From: Myxococcota bacterium
GTDB taxonomy: Bacteria > Myxococcota_A > UBA796 > UBA2385
NCBI GenBank assembly: GCA_044344255.1
Contig: JBIJDH010000010.1
Coordinates: 64,001 to 128,000 of the forward strand
DNA: 64,000 bases
Direction: 5' to 3'
Shown here: one piece after another, positions 52,579-62,197 of the stretch
Layout of the letters: every line of letters begins with the position of its first letter
How positions within the stretch are numbered: position 1 is the first letter of the stretch
The notes under the pieces: model-generated
The model's database searches: none
What the model saw: only the letters and a program-made list of their open reading frames with translations
What the model was told of the DNA's origin: nothing
Made by a program: the position numbers and the translations under genes

Positions 52579-53376
52579 ATGCGCGTCGTTTCCCTCACCT
52601 GCTCCAACACCGAGATCGTCTGCGCGCTCGGCTGCGCCCACCTCCTCGTCGGCGTGGACGAGCACTCCGACTTCCCGGCGGACGTGGTGGCGGCCCTCCC
52701 CCGCGTCGGCAAGGACCTCTCGGTAGACCCCGAGAAGGTCGCCGCGCTGCGCCCTGACCTCGTGCTCGCCTCGCTGACGGTCCCCGGCCACGAGCGGGTG
52801 GTGGCCGCCCTCCAGGCCCGTGGCCTCCCCCTGCTCACCCTCGCGCCCCGGTCGGTCGCCGACACCGCCGAGGACATCCTCACGATCGGCGCCGCCCTGG
52901 GCGTGCCCGAGCGGGCCCGCGCGCTCGCCCAGGCGCTGCTCGCGGCCATCGGCCCCATCCCCAGCGCCGCCGCCCCCGGGGCCCCGCGCATCCTCGTCGA
53001 GTGGTGGCCGAAGCCGGTCATCGCCGCCGGGCGCCGAAGCTGGGTGAATGACCTCCTGCTCGCCGCTGGCGCCGAGAACGCGCTCGGCGACCGCGACGTC
53101 GAGAGCGCGCCGCTGCACGACGAAGACGTGGTGGCCCTCGCCCCAGACGCCGTGGTCATCGCCTGGTGCGGCGTGCCCCTGTCCCACTACCGGCCGGAGG
53201 TGGTGCTCCGGCGGCCGAGCTGGCAGGGCCTGCGGCTCGTCCGAGAGGGGCGGGTGGTGCCCATCTCGGAGGCGCTCCTCGGCCGGCCGGGGCCGCGGCT
53301 CATCGAGGGGCTCGCCGCGCTGCGCAGCCTCACCGCGGAATTACGCGGCCGAGCCCCCGCCGTCTGCAGAGCCTGA
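52579..53376 (+). CDS. BtuF-like helical-backbone cobalamin/metal-binding protein
   Basis: MRVVSL..SNTEIVCALG, LVGVDEHSDFP, LRPDLVL and RPGPRL.EG; no signal peptide. Confidence 0.85.
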   Translation: MRVVSLTCSNTEIVCALGCAHLLVGVDEHSDFPADVVAALPRVGKDLSVDPEKVAALRPDLVLASLTVPGHERVVAALQARGLPLLTLAPRSVADTAEDILTIGAALGVPERARALAQALLAAIGPIPSAAAPGAPRILVEWWPKPVIAAGRRSWVNDLLLAAGAENALGDRDVESAPLHDEDVVALAPDAVVIAWCGVPLSHYRPEVVLRRPSWQGLRLVREGRVVPISEALLGRPGPRLIEGLAALRSLTAELRGRAPAVCRA

Positions 53377-53500
53377 GCAAGGCCAACAACGAGCTGGAGG
53401 CGACGGTCATTTATCTCATCGACGGGGCCTCGCTTCTCGAGGGGGCGGCCCTCGTCGCCACCGGCCGGGCGAGGGCAGCCGAGCACCCTCGCGCCGTCGC

Positions 53501-53911
53501 TCACCGCGCCACGTACTCCACCCCTTCGAAGGTCAGGGTGCAGCGCTCCGGCGCCCACTGGAGGTCCAGGACGGCGCCGCCCGCGGTCACGACGAGGCCG
53601 TCCTCCCCGCAGCTCCAGTCGCCGGACCGGCCGTAGTCGCTGCCGCTCCAATGCCAGGTGCCGTCGGCCTCGAAGCCCAGCACCCAGGTGCAGAGGACGA
53701 CGCCGTCGGGCCCGAGGCCGCACTCGCCCTCCTCGACGGAGTCGAAGGTGGCGCCGCCCTCCGCGGGGCAGGTCGAATCGGCGACGCCGGGGCAGGTGCC
53801 GTCGCCGCCCGGGCAGGTGGTGTCGCCCTCGGGGCAGGTCGTGTCGCCGCCGCCAGGGTGGGCGGCGGGGTCGTCACAGGCGGTGAGCACCAGCAGGAGG
53901 GGGAGGAACAT
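53501..53911 (-). CDS. Small Cys-rich lipoprotein
   Basis: Lipobox LTAC; four D.TCP repeats; AGAGG RBS before GTG. Confidence 0.65.
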   Translation of the reverse strand: MFLPLLLVLTACDDPAAHPGGGDTTCPEGDTTCPGGDGTCPGVADSTCPAEGGATFDSVEEGECGLGPDGVVLCTWVLGFEADGTWHWSGSDYGRSGDWSCGEDGLVVTAGGAVLDLQWAPERCTLTFEGVEYVAR

Positions 53912-54017
53912 CGGACACCTCTGCCGAGGACATAGACACCGGCAGAGGGTGCACCAAACGGGGTAGGCGCCTCACCCTGTCGTGGATGGGCGGCATCCCG
54001 TGTCGGGCACTGCTCGC

Positions 54018-55499
54018 CTATCGCCAGAGGCTGAACCAGCGCCGCGTCCAGCCGGACAGGGCGGGGGTCAATCGGCCCCGGCTCCAGGCCGAGGCCAGCT
54101 TGAAGACGAGCTCGGAGCGGGTCGGGTAGGCGTGCACGGTGCGCGCCAGCTCGGCGAGGCCGAGGCCCTGGGTCATCGCGAAGGTGAGCGGGGCCAGGAG
54201 CTCGCCGGCCTGCTCGGAGACGATGAGGGCCCCGCGCAGGCGGCCCCGCCGGTCGACCACCACCCGGCCAAAGCCCTCCGCCTCCCCGTCCGTGCGGCCC
54301 CGGTCGGTCTCACCCACGGTCACGGTAAAGACCTGGAGCCGGGGATCGCGGGCGGCCTCGGCGGCGGAGAGGCCGACGGCGGCGACCTCGGGCTGTGTGT
54401 AGGTGACACGCGGCAGCACGAGGCGGCTCCGGCGGGCCCGCCCGAAGGGGAAGAGGGCGTTGCGGAGCACGAGGCGCGCCTGGTGATCGGCGGCGTGGGT
54501 GGTGGAGCCCGGGCCGAGCACGTCGCCGGCGCCGTAGACGCGGCGGTTGGTGGTGCGGAGGTGGTCGTCGACCCGGAGCCCCGCCGGCCCCGCCTCCACC
54601 CCAGCCCGCGCGAGGTCGAGGTCGAGGTTGGGGGCGCGGCCGACCGCGACCAGCAGGGCGTCCCCGGCGAGGATCCGCCCGCCCGCGAGGTGGAGGTGGC
54701 GCTCCTCGCCCCGCCGCTCGACCCGAGTGACGGTGGCGCCGAGGCAGAGCTCTACGCCGTCCTCGGTGAGGCGCGCGGCGAGCAGGGCGCTGGCGTCGGG
54801 GTCCTCGCGGGAGAGCACCCGATCCTGCGCCTCGATGAGGCTCACCCGGCTCCCGAGCCGCGCGAAGGCCTGGGCCATCTCACAGCCGATGACCCCGCCG
54901 CCCAGCACCAGCAGGCGGGCCGGCCGCTCCCGGAGGGTGAAGAGGGCCTCGTGGCCGAGCGCGCCGGCCTCCGCGAGGCCGGGGATCGGCGGCAGCACCG
55001 ACCGGGCCCCGGTGGCGATGAGGCAGCGGTGGAAGCGGAGCGCCTGCCCCTCGACGGAGACCCGGTCGGGGCCGACGAAGCGCGCGGCGCCGAAGAAGAC
55101 GTCGACGCCGGCCCTCCGGAGGCGCTCGGCCGAGTCATGCGGGGCGAGCTCCGCCCGCACCCTTCGCAGCCGCTCCATCACCGCCGGGAAGTCGACCTCG
55201 ACCGCCGCCGACAGGCCGAGCGGGCCCGCCCGCCGCGCCGCCTCCGCCGCGTGGGCCGAGCGCAGCAGGGCCTTGCTCGGGACGCAGCCGGTCACGAGGC
55301 AGTCGCCGCCCAGCAGGTCGCGCTCGACCAGGGCCACCTTCGCCCCGAGCGCCGCCGCGCCGAAGGCCGCCACGAGGCCGGCCGGGCCCCCGCCCAGCAC
55401 GACGAGGGTATACCGGCCGGCCGGCGACAGGCGGGGCCAGCCCGGGGGGCGGCAGTGGGCGAGGAGGGCCTGGTCGTGCGGATCGTCGGCGAGGATCAA
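54018..55499 (-). CDS. Pyridine nucleotide-disulfide oxidoreductase (MerA/Lpd-like)
   Basis: GGGPAG, GGDCLVTGCVPSK, IATG, GGGVIGCE, GAGDV and HAYPT; no C-terminal Cys-Cys. Confidence 0.9.
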   Translation of the reverse strand: MILADDPHDQALLAHCRPPGWPRLSPAGRYTLVVLGGGPAGLVAAFGAAALGAKVALVERDLLGGDCLVTGCVPSKALLRSAHAAEAARRAGPLGLSAAVEVDFPAVMERLRRVRAELAPHDSAERLRRAGVDVFFGAARFVGPDRVSVEGQALRFHRCLIATGARSVLPPIPGLAEAGALGHEALFTLRERPARLLVLGGGVIGCEMAQAFARLGSRVSLIEAQDRVLSREDPDASALLAARLTEDGVELCLGATVTRVERRGEERHLHLAGGRILAGDALLVAVGRAPNLDLDLARAGVEAGPAGLRVDDHLRTTNRRVYGAGDVLGPGSTTHAADHQARLVLRNALFPFGRARRSRLVLPRVTYTQPEVAAVGLSAAEAARDPRLQVFTVTVGETDRGRTDGEAEGFGRVVVDRRGRLRGALIVSEQAGELLAPLTFAMTQGLGLAELARTVHAYPTRSELVFKLASAWSRGRLTPALSGWTRRWFSLWR

Positions 55500-55537
55500 G
55501 GGGGAGCCGCGGTCAGAGGGTCACCACACTGTGCAGG

Positions 55538-56155
55538 TCACCACTTTCGGTGTTTCCAGCAATCGACATGAAAGCGGGTGCCCCCATAGAGGCCGAGGCC
55601 GAGCTTCAAGGCCGGCCCCTCGAGGGTCCACAGCCGCAGCAGGGCCTCGTGCAGGCGGGCCCGGCTCCAGAGGCGCTTCGGCACCACATCGACGGCGTCG
55701 AAGTTCTTGTGACGGCTGCCGGGCGCGCCGCCCGCCCGCTCATTGAAGCGCGGAGTGCGAAAGGCGCTCACCACCACCACCGGCCCCACCTCGGGCACCA
55801 CCCTCTCCCGAAGCAGGCGCAGCGTGGGCGTGATGGCCGGCCAGTCCCCGCGGGGCGGCGCCGCCCAGGCCGGCTCGCCGACCTCCCGCCAGTCTGTCCC
55901 CTGCCGCCAGAGGTGCCAGGGCGGCACCACATCCGCGAGGCCCTGCTCCCCCAGGAAGGCCACGAAGTCTGCATAGTCGCGCTCGGCCCCCGCCTCGTGG
56001 GCCCAGGCCTCGAAGGCCGCCTCGGGCGGCAGGTCGAGCTCGGAGACGCGGGTGCGGTGCAGGCAGCCCGCGAGCAGGACCGAGAGCAGGACCGAGAGCG
56101 GGGGCCGCCCATGACCGAGGGTCGAGCGGGGAGCAGGGAATGGAGCAGCGCCCAT
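55538..56155 (-). CDS. Peptidase M15A (D-Ala-D-Ala Zn-carboxypeptidase-like) lipoprotein
   Basis: SAFRTP.FN..AGGA..SRH...AVD...FHVD Zn motif; LLAGC lipobox; start uncertain. Confidence 0.8.
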   Translation of the reverse strand: MGAAPFPAPRSTLGHGRPPLSVLLSVLLAGCLHRTRVSELDLPPEAAFEAWAHEAGAERDYADFVAFLGEQGLADVVPPWHLWRQGTDWREVGEPAWAAPPRGDWPAITPTLRLLRERVVPEVGPVVVVSAFRTPRFNERAGGAPGSRHKNFDAVDVVPKRLWSRARLHEALLRLWTLEGPALKLGLGLYGGTRFHVDCWKHRKW

Positions 56156-57172
56156 CGATGGTATCGTCCCGGTCGCCCAAGGGAGGCCACGCCCATCTCC
56201 TGTACCACCCTGTACCTCTGGCGCCGAGCGCAGGGCGACTGGAGGGTCAGCGTCGAGCGGTACGGAGGGCTGCCCACCGCCTCCCCCGAGGCGGCGCGCG
56301 ACCACCTGCTGCACCCCGCGCGGCGCTGGATCGCCGACGGTGAGGCGGTCGAGGCGGTCGGCCCCCACCACTGTCGGGGCCTGCTGCTCGATGAGCCAGC
56401 GCGGCGCTTCCGGGTCTATCGCTGTCCCGGCGACACGCTCGTGCACCTGCGGGCGGAGGCCCTGCGGCGGCAGCTCTCGACAGCGGCAGCCTGGGCGGGC
56501 TGGGACGCCGACCACGACCGCGGCGGACACGCCTCGCTCGCGGCCCTCGCAGGGCTCTCCCGCTCGCCACCGCCGCCGCTCCGGGCCCTCGAGGCCGCGG
56601 CCCTCGACGCGCTCCGACTGCGGCCCGTCCACGGCCCCGGGGCCCTCGACCGCGCGGCCTGGCGCCTCCAGTACCCCGACGCCGAGCGGTGGGAGGGCGG
56701 CGGGTGGCAGGCGAGCGCGGCCTTGAGCCTCGTCCACCCCGACGGGCGCTCCGAGACGCACGCGCTCTCCGCGGACGCGCCCTGGGCCTGCCTCCTCGCC
56801 GGTCCGTCCCTGCTCTCCGCCCTCGACCCTCGCGAGGCCTGCGACCCTCCCTTCGAGCACGCCCTCCACTGGGGGGCCCTCTTCGACCTGCAGGCGCGCG
56901 CCCTCCGCTGGTGGAGCGCCGACCCCACGCCAATAGGTTGGGCCGCCGCGATGGCGGAGGCCTGGCCCGGCTGGGCGATCTCCCCCGAGGCCGACCTCTA
57001 TCCGGGGCAGCTCGCCGCCGCGGGCGTCGATCCTGGCCCCCTCCGCATTGACCGAGCGCCCGCCGGTGACGCGCTCCGCGCCTGCCTCAGCCCGGAGGAG
57101 TGGGCCCTCCTCGACCGCGACCGCCTCTGTCCGGCCCCGGGTCGGCGCGCCCTGTCCGTCCACTTCGCCTGA
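56111..57172 (+). CDS. Hypothetical protein
   Basis: Trp-rich ORF filling the gap before the APH-family gene; the putative start overlaps the divergent M15 gene. Confidence 0.4.
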   Translation: MTEGRAGSREWSSAHRWYRPGRPREATPISCTTLYLWRRAQGDWRVSVERYGGLPTASPEAARDHLLHPARRWIADGEAVEAVGPHHCRGLLLDEPARRFRVYRCPGDTLVHLRAEALRRQLSTAAAWAGWDADHDRGGHASLAALAGLSRSPPPPLRALEAAALDALRLRPVHGPGALDRAAWRLQYPDAERWEGGGWQASAALSLVHPDGRSETHALSADAPWACLLAGPSLLSALDPREACDPPFEHALHWGALFDLQARALRWWSADPTPIGWAAAMAEAWPGWAISPEADLYPGQLAAAGVDPGPLRIDRAPAGDALRACLSPEEWALLDRDRLCPAPGRRALSVHFA

Positions 57173-57235
57173 GGGCCACCCCGGCCGGCGCCGGCGACCG
57201 GGTTAGTCCGCGCCCCCTCCACCGCGGGAGCGCCG

Positions 57236-58183
57236 ATGGCCGAGCCCTGGGAAGCGACCTTCACCCTCGACCTCGCCGAGCTCGGCCGCCTCATCGCGGC
57301 CGACCGCCCGGGCATGGGCCCCGGCCTGCGTGTCGTCGGCGAGGGCTTCGACAACCTCGCGGTCCTCGATGAAGGCGGCCTCCTCTGGCGTATCCCCCGC
57401 CGCGAGCCAGCCGTGCCGCTCCTCGAGGACGAGCTCCGCTGGGCCCCCGCCTTCACCGCACCCCTCCCCGTCGCGACGAGCGCGCCGCTGCGGGTGATCC
57501 GCCTGCCCGGACCGCCCCACCTCCTGGTCGCGTGCCGCTTCTTCGACGGTCTGTCGGCCGACACGCTCGTCCTGTCCGCGAGCGCCGGCGACCCCGCCGC
57601 CGAGGCTACGCTCGCGGGGCTCGCCCCCGCCCTCGGCCGGGCCCTCGGCCGCCTCCACGCCGCCCCCGCCCCCGAGGGCTGCCCCCTCGACCGCTTCCGC
57701 CGCTCCGACCTCCCCTATCGCCGCGATTTGCTGACCCTGGCCATCCGCGAGCTCGACCGAGCCGGGGGCCTCCCACAGGCCGACGCCCTCTGCGCGTGCC
57801 TCTCCACCCTCGCCGAGGCGTCCCCCTGGGCAGACGGCCCGCGCACCGTGCACGGTGACCTCCACCCCCGCCACGTCCTCCTCGACCGCGCGGGCCAGCT
57901 CCAGGCCCTCATCGACTGGGGAGACCTCCACGGCGGCGACCCCGCGCAGGACCTCTCTCTCCTCTGGACGATGCTCCCCCCGAGCGCGCGAGGCCCCCTC
58001 CTCGCGGCCTACGCCACCGTCCGGGGCGCGCCAATCGTCCTCGAACCGCTCCTCGACCGAGCCCGCTTCCGGGCGCTCCTCTACGGCGTGCTGCTGGAGC
58101 GCTTCGCCAGGGCCACCGGCGACCGCGCGATGGGGGCGGTGGCCGCGCGGACCCGCCGGGCGGTGCTGAGTGACGCGGGCTGA
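57236..58183 (+). CDS. Aminoglycoside phosphotransferase (APH)-family kinase
   Basis: GEGFDN, RIPRR, Brenner motif HGDLHPRHVL, IDWGD and GDPAQDL. Confidence 0.88.
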   Translation: MAEPWEATFTLDLAELGRLIAADRPGMGPGLRVVGEGFDNLAVLDEGGLLWRIPRREPAVPLLEDELRWAPAFTAPLPVATSAPLRVIRLPGPPHLLVACRFFDGLSADTLVLSASAGDPAAEATLAGLAPALGRALGRLHAAPAPEGCPLDRFRRSDLPYRRDLLTLAIRELDRAGGLPQADALCACLSTLAEASPWADGPRTVHGDLHPRHVLLDRAGQLQALIDWGDLHGGDPAQDLSLLWTMLPPSARGPLLAAYATVRGAPIVLEPLLDRARFRALLYGVLLERFARATGDRAMGAVAARTRRAVLSDAG

Positions 58184-58323
58184 GCGGGCGACGGTCCCCG
58201 CTGGGCCCCGCCCCGCCTCCGGCTCCCCGCCTTTGACTCCCCGCCGCTCTCCCACCATCTGGTAGGCTGCTCAAAGCCAACTCCAACCCCACTCGCTCCC
58301 CTTCATCCCGCAGAGCTCCCGGA

Positions 58324-58671
58324 ATGAACTCGCGCCGACCTGCCCGACTCTCGTCGATCCTCCTCTCGCTGGTCATGGGCACCTGCGGCGGCTGCAAGGG
58401 GGACGAAGGGCCAGACTGCGTCGTCCATGTGAGCGGCTACGTGGTCGATAACGGCCTGCTCCAACCCGAGGCCACCGTGACGGCCGTGGACGCCGACGGC
58501 GAGGAGCAGGTCGCGATCGCCGACGACTGGGGAGAGTACGCCCTGGAGCTCCCCTACGGCGACTACACGCTCAAGGCGAGCGCGTCCTGCCGCGACGGCG
58601 AGGTTGATCTCGAGCTCGACGACTGCGACGACCGGGTGCAGGATATTCCTGTCCGTTCAAACTGCAATTGA
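58324..58671 (+). CDS. Small exported protein with carboxypeptidase-regulatory-like domain
   Basis: Signal peptide with Cys; VSGYVVD..ATVTA..AD.WGEYAL.LPYGDYTLKAS. Confidence 0.7.
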   Translation: MNSRRPARLSSILLSLVMGTCGGCKGDEGPDCVVHVSGYVVDNGLLQPEATVTAVDADGEEQVAIADDWGEYALELPYGDYTLKASASCRDGEVDLELDDCDDRVQDIPVRSNCN

Positions 58672-58777
58672 CACCCGCCCAAGCGGCTGACCCACTCCGA
58701 CCGGGAGGATAGAGCCCACCTCCCGAGTGAGACGCGGCGCGCGCACCGCGCGAGGCGACCGGTGATACGCTCCCCCC

Positions 58778-59236
58778 ATGACCCCGCTCTTCCAAAAGCT
58801 CAACCTGAAACAACAGTCCGCGGTCGTCGTGCTGGGCGCGCCGGCGGCCTTCGAGGCGGCCCTGACCGAGCTCGCGGCCGCAGCGCCGGTGGTGATCCAC
58901 CGCGCGCCCGTGGCCGGCACGGACTTCGCCCTCGGCTTCGCCGTGACGCAGGCGCAGCTCGACAACCTGTCGGCGCAGCTCGTGTCGACAGACGCGCCCG
59001 ACCCGGTCCTGTGGGTGGCCTACCCCAAGGGCTCGTCGAAGGCCTACCGCTGCGAATTCAACCGCGACACGGGCTGGCAGGCGCTGGGCGCGGCGGGCTT
59101 TGAGCCCGTCCGCCAGGTCTCCATCGACGCCGACTGGTCGGCCCTGCGCTTCCGACGTGTCGCCCGCATCGCATCGCTCACCCGACGCCCGGCGATGACG
59201 CTCTCCGAGGAGGGCAAGCGCCGCACGGGCGGCTGA
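58778..59236 (+). CDS. Conserved hypothetical protein (DUF3052-like)
   Basis: KLNLK, LWVAYPKGSSK and QVSIDADWSALRFR. Confidence 0.75.
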   Translation: MTPLFQKLNLKQQSAVVVLGAPAAFEAALTELAAAAPVVIHRAPVAGTDFALGFAVTQAQLDNLSAQLVSTDAPDPVLWVAYPKGSSKAYRCEFNRDTGWQALGAAGFEPVRQVSIDADWSALRFRRVARIASLTRRPAMTLSEEGKRRTGG

Positions 59237-59265
59237 GCGGGCGGGCGCGAGGATATGACGACAGG

Positions 59266-59580
59266 ATGCCTCGTCGGATCCTCACCACGCTCCTCGTCGC
59301 CTACGCGCTCGCGGCCGGCGCCGCGGGGTGGGCCTCGGGGAGCATCCTGTGGGGCCTCGTGCTCGTCCCCCTCGCGATGGCGGTCGGCCCTGCGATGGGG
59401 CTCACCTTCCCGTTCCCGCTCGGGACGAAGCTCGCGTACCTGGGCGGGCTCCTGCTCGTCGTCGTGGTCGGCCTCGTCGGGCTGCGCTGGCGCGCACGCC
59501 CGGTGGGGGGAGCGGCCATCGTCACCGCCGTCGTCCTATGGGCGGTCTTGGGCCTCTTCGGCCTCGGGACAGGGACCTAA
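59266..59580 (+). CDS. Small integral membrane protein
   Basis: 104 aa, almost entirely hydrophobic helices. Confidence 0.6.
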   Translation: MPRRILTTLLVAYALAAGAAGWASGSILWGLVLVPLAMAVGPAMGLTFPFPLGTKLAYLGGLLLVVVVGLVGLRWRARPVGGAAIVTAVVLWAVLGLFGLGTGT

Positions 59581-60037
59581 GCGCACCGCCGATCGCCATC
59601 CGCCGAGGGAGCGCGGGTGCGCATGGGCGCTCCGCCGGTGAGGTGACCGTTCCGCGCCAGGGCACTCGGGTGAACGCCGGGGCACTCCCGAGGAGACTTG
59701 TCGTCGTACGCAGGGTTCACCGCGCGGCGGGCCTTGAGCCCCTCCGCCAGGCCTGCATCGCCGCCGATGGGTCCGCACCGCCGCGGCCGTGCGCACGCCT
59801 CTGTTTAAAACTGTTCCTCCGCCTGTGTGCCGGCGTCGACGACTCGCCAGGGAGACGGGGCCGCTGGACCTCCGTCCGCGGGCCCTCGCCGGGCGCCCGC
59901 GCGAATCGCATAGCTTCTCCCTATGCAATGTCACACCCTGTCGAGGAAGGGGGGCTCGGCACGAGCCTTGCAGAGGTGGGCGACGCGTCGCGAGCCCCGC
60001 TCGGCGGCGCGCCCCCTCCCACCCTGGATATCTCATC

Positions 60038-60835
60038 ATGCGCACGTCGATGCTCACCGTCCTCGTCCTCCTGTCCGCCGCCTGCACGCCCACGAAGGGA
60101 AGCGAGGGCGTTGAAGACACGGGCGCACCTTTGGACCCCGCAGACACTGGGGCGGCCGAAGAGGGAGGCGCCGAGTGGACCGTGACCGAGCAGGGCAACA
60201 GCATCGCCGATGTCCTCGGGGAGGAGCTCCGGAGCGACCACGACATCCGCCTCCGAGACGTCCAGCTCGACTGCACAGACGACGTTTGGAGCTTCGCGAT
60301 TGACACCAACGGCAGCAACGAGGAGAAGCCGGCCGATGGGGTGATCGTGTTTGCGTGGGACCTCGCGACGAATGACTTCAGCGGCGGCTGGTACGGCGAA
60401 GAGGTCGGGCAGGACCTCTGGTCGGCTCAGGTGGCAGGGGTCACCGATTGTGATGACCCTGGGTCTGTCAGCTTTATCGTTGTGCCCACCTACCTCGGCG
60501 CGATCGGCTCGCCAGAGGGCGTCGGTGCCCTTGGGCGAGTGAGCGGGTACTCCCTCTCCTCCACCGGGAGCCTCCCCGACGAGGTCATGTACCAGGTGGA
60601 GGTCCAAACCTCCGCCACCGCGGCTTCGTCGGGCACCTGGCTCCAGAGCCCCATTCTCGGCGCCGACAGCGCGAAGACCGCATTTCTCACGCCCGCCTGG
60701 GGATCGGGCAGCGTGGACACGGTATGGTCGGCGGAGGTCCCCTACGAGGGATACGCCAACGACGCGGACCTGAATCCTGTCCTGGGCGTCCTGCTGCTCA
60801 AGGACGGCAGGGCGGTCGGCACCGTCACGTTCTGA
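60038..60835 (+). CDS. Hypothetical lipoprotein
   Basis: Lipobox SAAC; DTG linker; acidic beta-rich domain. Confidence 0.65.
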   Translation: MRTSMLTVLVLLSAACTPTKGSEGVEDTGAPLDPADTGAAEEGGAEWTVTEQGNSIADVLGEELRSDHDIRLRDVQLDCTDDVWSFAIDTNGSNEEKPADGVIVFAWDLATNDFSGGWYGEEVGQDLWSAQVAGVTDCDDPGSVSFIVVPTYLGAIGSPEGVGALGRVSGYSLSSTGSLPDEVMYQVEVQTSATAASSGTWLQSPILGADSAKTAFLTPAWGSGSVDTVWSAEVPYEGYANDADLNPVLGVLLLKDGRAVGTVTF

Positions 60836-61000
60836 CCGGCCGCCGAGCTCGCCCCCTCCGAACCGTGGCCCGAGACCAGACCCTGCGGCTCCTCGACGGC
60901 AGGCGATGCCGCGCCACAGCCTATCCGCCAGGGCTTCCTCCCGGCCGAGGCGGGGAAGGGCTGACGGGGCGGAAGACCGGCCTGCGCGCCCCTCCCGATG

Positions 61001-62077
61001 TCACCGGGGACGTCTGGCTCCCTCGGCGGCCGACCCCAGGGCGCCTGACCCCTCGGCGGGCTCATGCGGCTCCACCCAGCCGGCGAAGGTCGCCACGAGG
61101 ACCCCCGCTACCTTGGTGGTGAAGCCAAGGTCAAGGGTGTCGAGGCGATCGGTGCTCTGGTGGTAATGCGCCAGCTCCTCGTCGCTCGTGCTGATGTTGT
61201 GGGCCTCCACACAGTCCATCGGGGCCAGAGAGGGCATCCCCGCCTCCTGGTAATTCGAGTGGTCGTCGCCGTAACAGTGTCGGTGATTGACCCAGTCCTT
61301 GTGGCTCACGCCGAGGGTATCCGCCACGCCGGCCATCTCCTCCACGAGGTGCTCGCTGTCTTCATCGCCGAGGATGTCGAAGGCGTCAGCCTCTCCGAGG
61401 GGCCAGTAGCCGATCATGTCGGGCGCGATGACCGCCTCGGCCACCAGCCCCTCATCGGCCATCTGCTCGACCAGCACGGCCGAGCCCAGGCTCCCCTGCT
61501 CCTCGGCCCCCGTAAAGACGATCCACCAGCTCGAGGCCGTGGGCAGCGGGCCCAGCAGGCGCCCGATCTCCAGGCCCACCGCGACGGCGCTCGCGTTGTC
61601 ATCGGCCCCGGGTGCCAAAGTCTCGGCCTGCTCCGAGGTGGAGTCGTAGTGGGCCGAGTAGAGGAAGAGCTCATCGGGCCGCTCCAACCCCGCCCTGCGG
61701 GCGATGATGTTGATCGCGGCGCCTCCCCCCGCGCCCATGAACGGCGCCTCCTCCACCTCGAAGCCGAGCGCGCGGAGCCGGTCGGCGAGGAAGACGGCGG
61801 CCTCGGCGTTGCCGGGGGTGCCGGTGTACCGCGTGCCGAAGCCCTCGAGCGTCTCGATGTCGGCGCGGAGGGCCTCCTCAGAGACCATGGGCGCGAGGGA
61901 GAGCGGGTCGACCGCGAGGCCGAGCCCGCCCACCTCCTCTCCGCCTGCGCCGGAGTCCGCCGCTCCCTCCCCCCCGGTCTCCGAGAGGCCAGACGGGCTG
62001 GACGCCTTGGAGGGGGCGCCTCCACACGCGACGAGGTGGGACAGGAGGAGGGAGGCGAGGAGGGGGCGGCGGCTCAT
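61001..62077 (-). CDS. M28-family Zn peptidase lipoprotein
   Basis: LVAC lipobox; SAHYDS, GADDNASA, GAEEQG, DMIGY and YHQSTD. Confidence 0.9.
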   Translation of the reverse strand: MSRRPLLASLLLSHLVACGGAPSKASSPSGLSETGGEGAADSGAGGEEVGGLGLAVDPLSLAPMVSEEALRADIETLEGFGTRYTGTPGNAEAAVFLADRLRALGFEVEEAPFMGAGGGAAINIIARRAGLERPDELFLYSAHYDSTSEQAETLAPGADDNASAVAVGLEIGRLLGPLPTASSWWIVFTGAEEQGSLGSAVLVEQMADEGLVAEAVIAPDMIGYWPLGEADAFDILGDEDSEHLVEEMAGVADTLGVSHKDWVNHRHCYGDDHSNYQEAGMPSLAPMDCVEAHNISTSDEELAHYHQSTDRLDTLDLGFTTKVAGVLVATFAGWVEPHEPAEGSGALGSAAEGARRPR

Positions 62078-62197
62078 AAGAGGAGCTTAGCAGGAAGGGT
62101 GCGCGGCGGTGGCGGACCGTGCCTCTATACGCCCAAGAGCGATATTCCGAGCATATTCTTCCCCCCGCGGGACGGTGGGAGGGAGGGAGACACCGCG

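Noticed and set aside
54018..55499. Mercuric reductase merA or a mercury resistance locus
   Set aside because: It lacks the C-terminal Cys-Cys pair and has no merR/T/P neighbours.
57236..58183. Bona fide aminoglycoside resistance gene
   Set aside because: Only generic APH/choline-kinase-family motifs are present; there is no mobile context and the substrate cannot be inferred.
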